Positions 62,150-64,000 of a DNA stretch of 64,000 nucleotides are shown piece after piece (the first letter of the stretch is position 1; each line of letters begins with the position of its first letter). The stretch is taken from positions 103,480,001-103,544,000 of the forward strand of contig CM059431.1 in NCBI GenBank assembly GCA_030390025.1, written 5' to 3'. Both the position numbers and the translations under genes were made by a program. This DNA is from Squalus acanthias (taxonomy: Eukaryota). The notes below the pieces were generated by a model. It ran no database searches. It had not been told where the DNA came from and was given only the letters and a program-made list of their open reading frames with translations.

Positions 62150-62940
62150 AACAGTTTGTCATACTCTTTCCACTTGGTTAGACCCCACATGGAGTTACTG
62201 CGAGCAGTTCCGCTCTCCATAGTATAAAAAGGAAATGGAGGCACTGGAAAAGGTGCAAACAAGATTTACAAGGAAAGGCTGAAGAGGCTGGGGCTCTTTT
62301 CCATAGAAAAGAGAGGGCTGAGGGGGGTCACCTGATTGAGGTCTTTAAGATTATGAAGGGGTTCGATAGGGTAGACATAGAGAAGATGTTTCCACTTGTG
62401 AGGGAGCTCAAAACTAGACCAGTTGGGCCAAATGGCCTGTTTCTGGGCTGTACATCCTATGTAATTCTATGTTTGTGCCAATTTATTTCAAATACTTCAC
62501 AGCGGAATGAGGCAAAGTAAATAGAAATCTGAAACGTTTAACTCTGTTTCTCTCTCCACAGATGCTGCCTGACCTGCTGAGTGTTTCCAGCATTTTCTGT
62601 TTTTACTTCAGATTTACAGCATCCGCAGTATTTTGCGTCTGCCATAACTATAAGATATTCATTAATAAATCCAAGAGGGAATTCAGGAGAAACCTCTTTA
62701 CTCAGCGAGTGGTGAGAATGTGGAACTCGCTCCCACAGGGAGTGGTTGAGGTGACCAGCATAGATGCCTTTAAGGGGAAGCTAGATAAACACATGAGGGA
62801 GAAAGGAATAGACGGGTTTGCTAATGGGGTTAGACGAAGAGGGGTGGGAGGGGGCTCATGTGGAGCATAAACACCGGCAGAGACCAGTTGGGCCGAATGG
62901 CCTGTTTCTGGGCTGTACCTCCTATGTAATTCTATGTTTA
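62150..62940 (+). mobile_element. CR1 3' fragment interrupted by a 110-bp duplication and a Penelope-like fragment (62527-62640)
   Basis: CR1 breaks after AAAACTAG (62417) and resumes at GCCATAACTATAAG (62641). Confidence 0.8.
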
Positions 62941-63424
62941 TGCCAATTTATTTCAAATACTTCATAGTGGAACGAGGCAAAGTAAATAGAATAATTTGTC
63001 AATTGATTATTTATGATGTCATTATAAAATTCAGCCCGCCAGCAAAACAAATTCTTCTCCCAATAAGGAAAAATCTTTCTATTGCTATGAGGGGCAGAGG
63101 ACTCAGCTACTTGAAAATTAATATTAACCACGATGTATAGACTGAATTCCTGAAGACTCGATGATCACTTGTCAAAGATTTCCAAGATATAAACTTAATC
63201 CCCCATTACAAACAATTTCTTAATGCCTTTCCTGGTGTGATTTGAATGCTTTGCTTTATGTACCAGTATGAAAATCCTGAAACACTGAGAGGATCACATC
63301 GATATTATGTAAATTTCACCATTATAGCCAAGCAACCCTGTCTTTAAAAGGGCATAAACTTTGTAATTCCATGGATCAAATATATAAAAAGTGTTTTATT
63401 CCTATAAAACTGCGCGAAAGAAAG

Positions 63425-63757
63425 AAGGAAAGAAAAACTTGCATTTCTATAGCGCCTTTCATGACCTCAAGACATCCCAAAGTGCTTTTCAGATAATGAA
63501 TTACTTTTTTGAAGTGTGGTCACTGCTGCAATGTATGAAACACGGCAGCTCAATATGCGCACAGCAAGGTTCCACAAGCAGCAATGTGATAACCACCAGA
63601 TCATCTATTTTAGGTGCTGGCTGTGGGATAAATATCGGCCCAGGACACCGGGGTGAACTCCCCCGCGCTCTACCTCCAATAGTGGCCGTGGGATCTTTTA
63701 CATCTGCCCGAGAGGGGCAGACGGGGCCTGGGTTTAACCGTCTCAGCCGCAAGACGG
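63425..63757 (-). mobile_element. Deu-domain SINE, diverged and head-truncated
   Basis: Tail and body. Confidence 0.8.
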
Positions 63758-64000
63758 ATATGAAGCTCTGATGTCGTGAATGCAGACATGGTAACTGAGC
63801 ATCTCCTGATGAAGGAATAATAGGGGGGCTTAAACTTAGGTCGGGATATGAATTTGATGAGATCTTGCACAGCAAGAAACTGAAAAAAGGCAGTGGCTAC
63901 TTAATTATGTAGCCGGCTTTGAAGGGAGCTGTGTTTGACATTGGTAATGTGCAAGTCGCTTATTCAATAATTTCACAGAGACATAAGTATGAAAGCAAAA

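Overview
Repeat-dense vertebrate DNA, most likely a cartilaginous fish (shark): it carries HE1-type V-SINE, Deu-domain (SacSINE1-like) SINEs, CR1, L2 and RTE LINE fragments and Penelope-like elements (PLEs). I could not identify an intact host gene. The main feature is a 4,162-bp PIF/Harbinger transposon (12149-16310; ~12-bp TIRs, 3-bp TSD AAA) nested in a CR1 LINE. Its DDE transposase is broken by a single 1-nt deletion. A convergent three-exon Myb/SANT-like partner gene is fully open (458 aa reconstructed by hand). An 894-bp deletion derivative of the same family, several other Harbinger-type MITEs and older Harbinger relics lie nearby. Other points: minimal hammerhead ribozyme motifs in PLE terminal repeats; two minus-strand exons resembling the N-terminus of shark NLR proteins, truncated at a MITE, with a candidate ISRE/TATA promoter upstream; a SINE-derived 33-34-bp tandem array; and a minisatellite built from a splice-donor site. 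All calls come from reading the sequence by eye. No searches were run, and repeat boundaries without a TIR/TSD are approximate.
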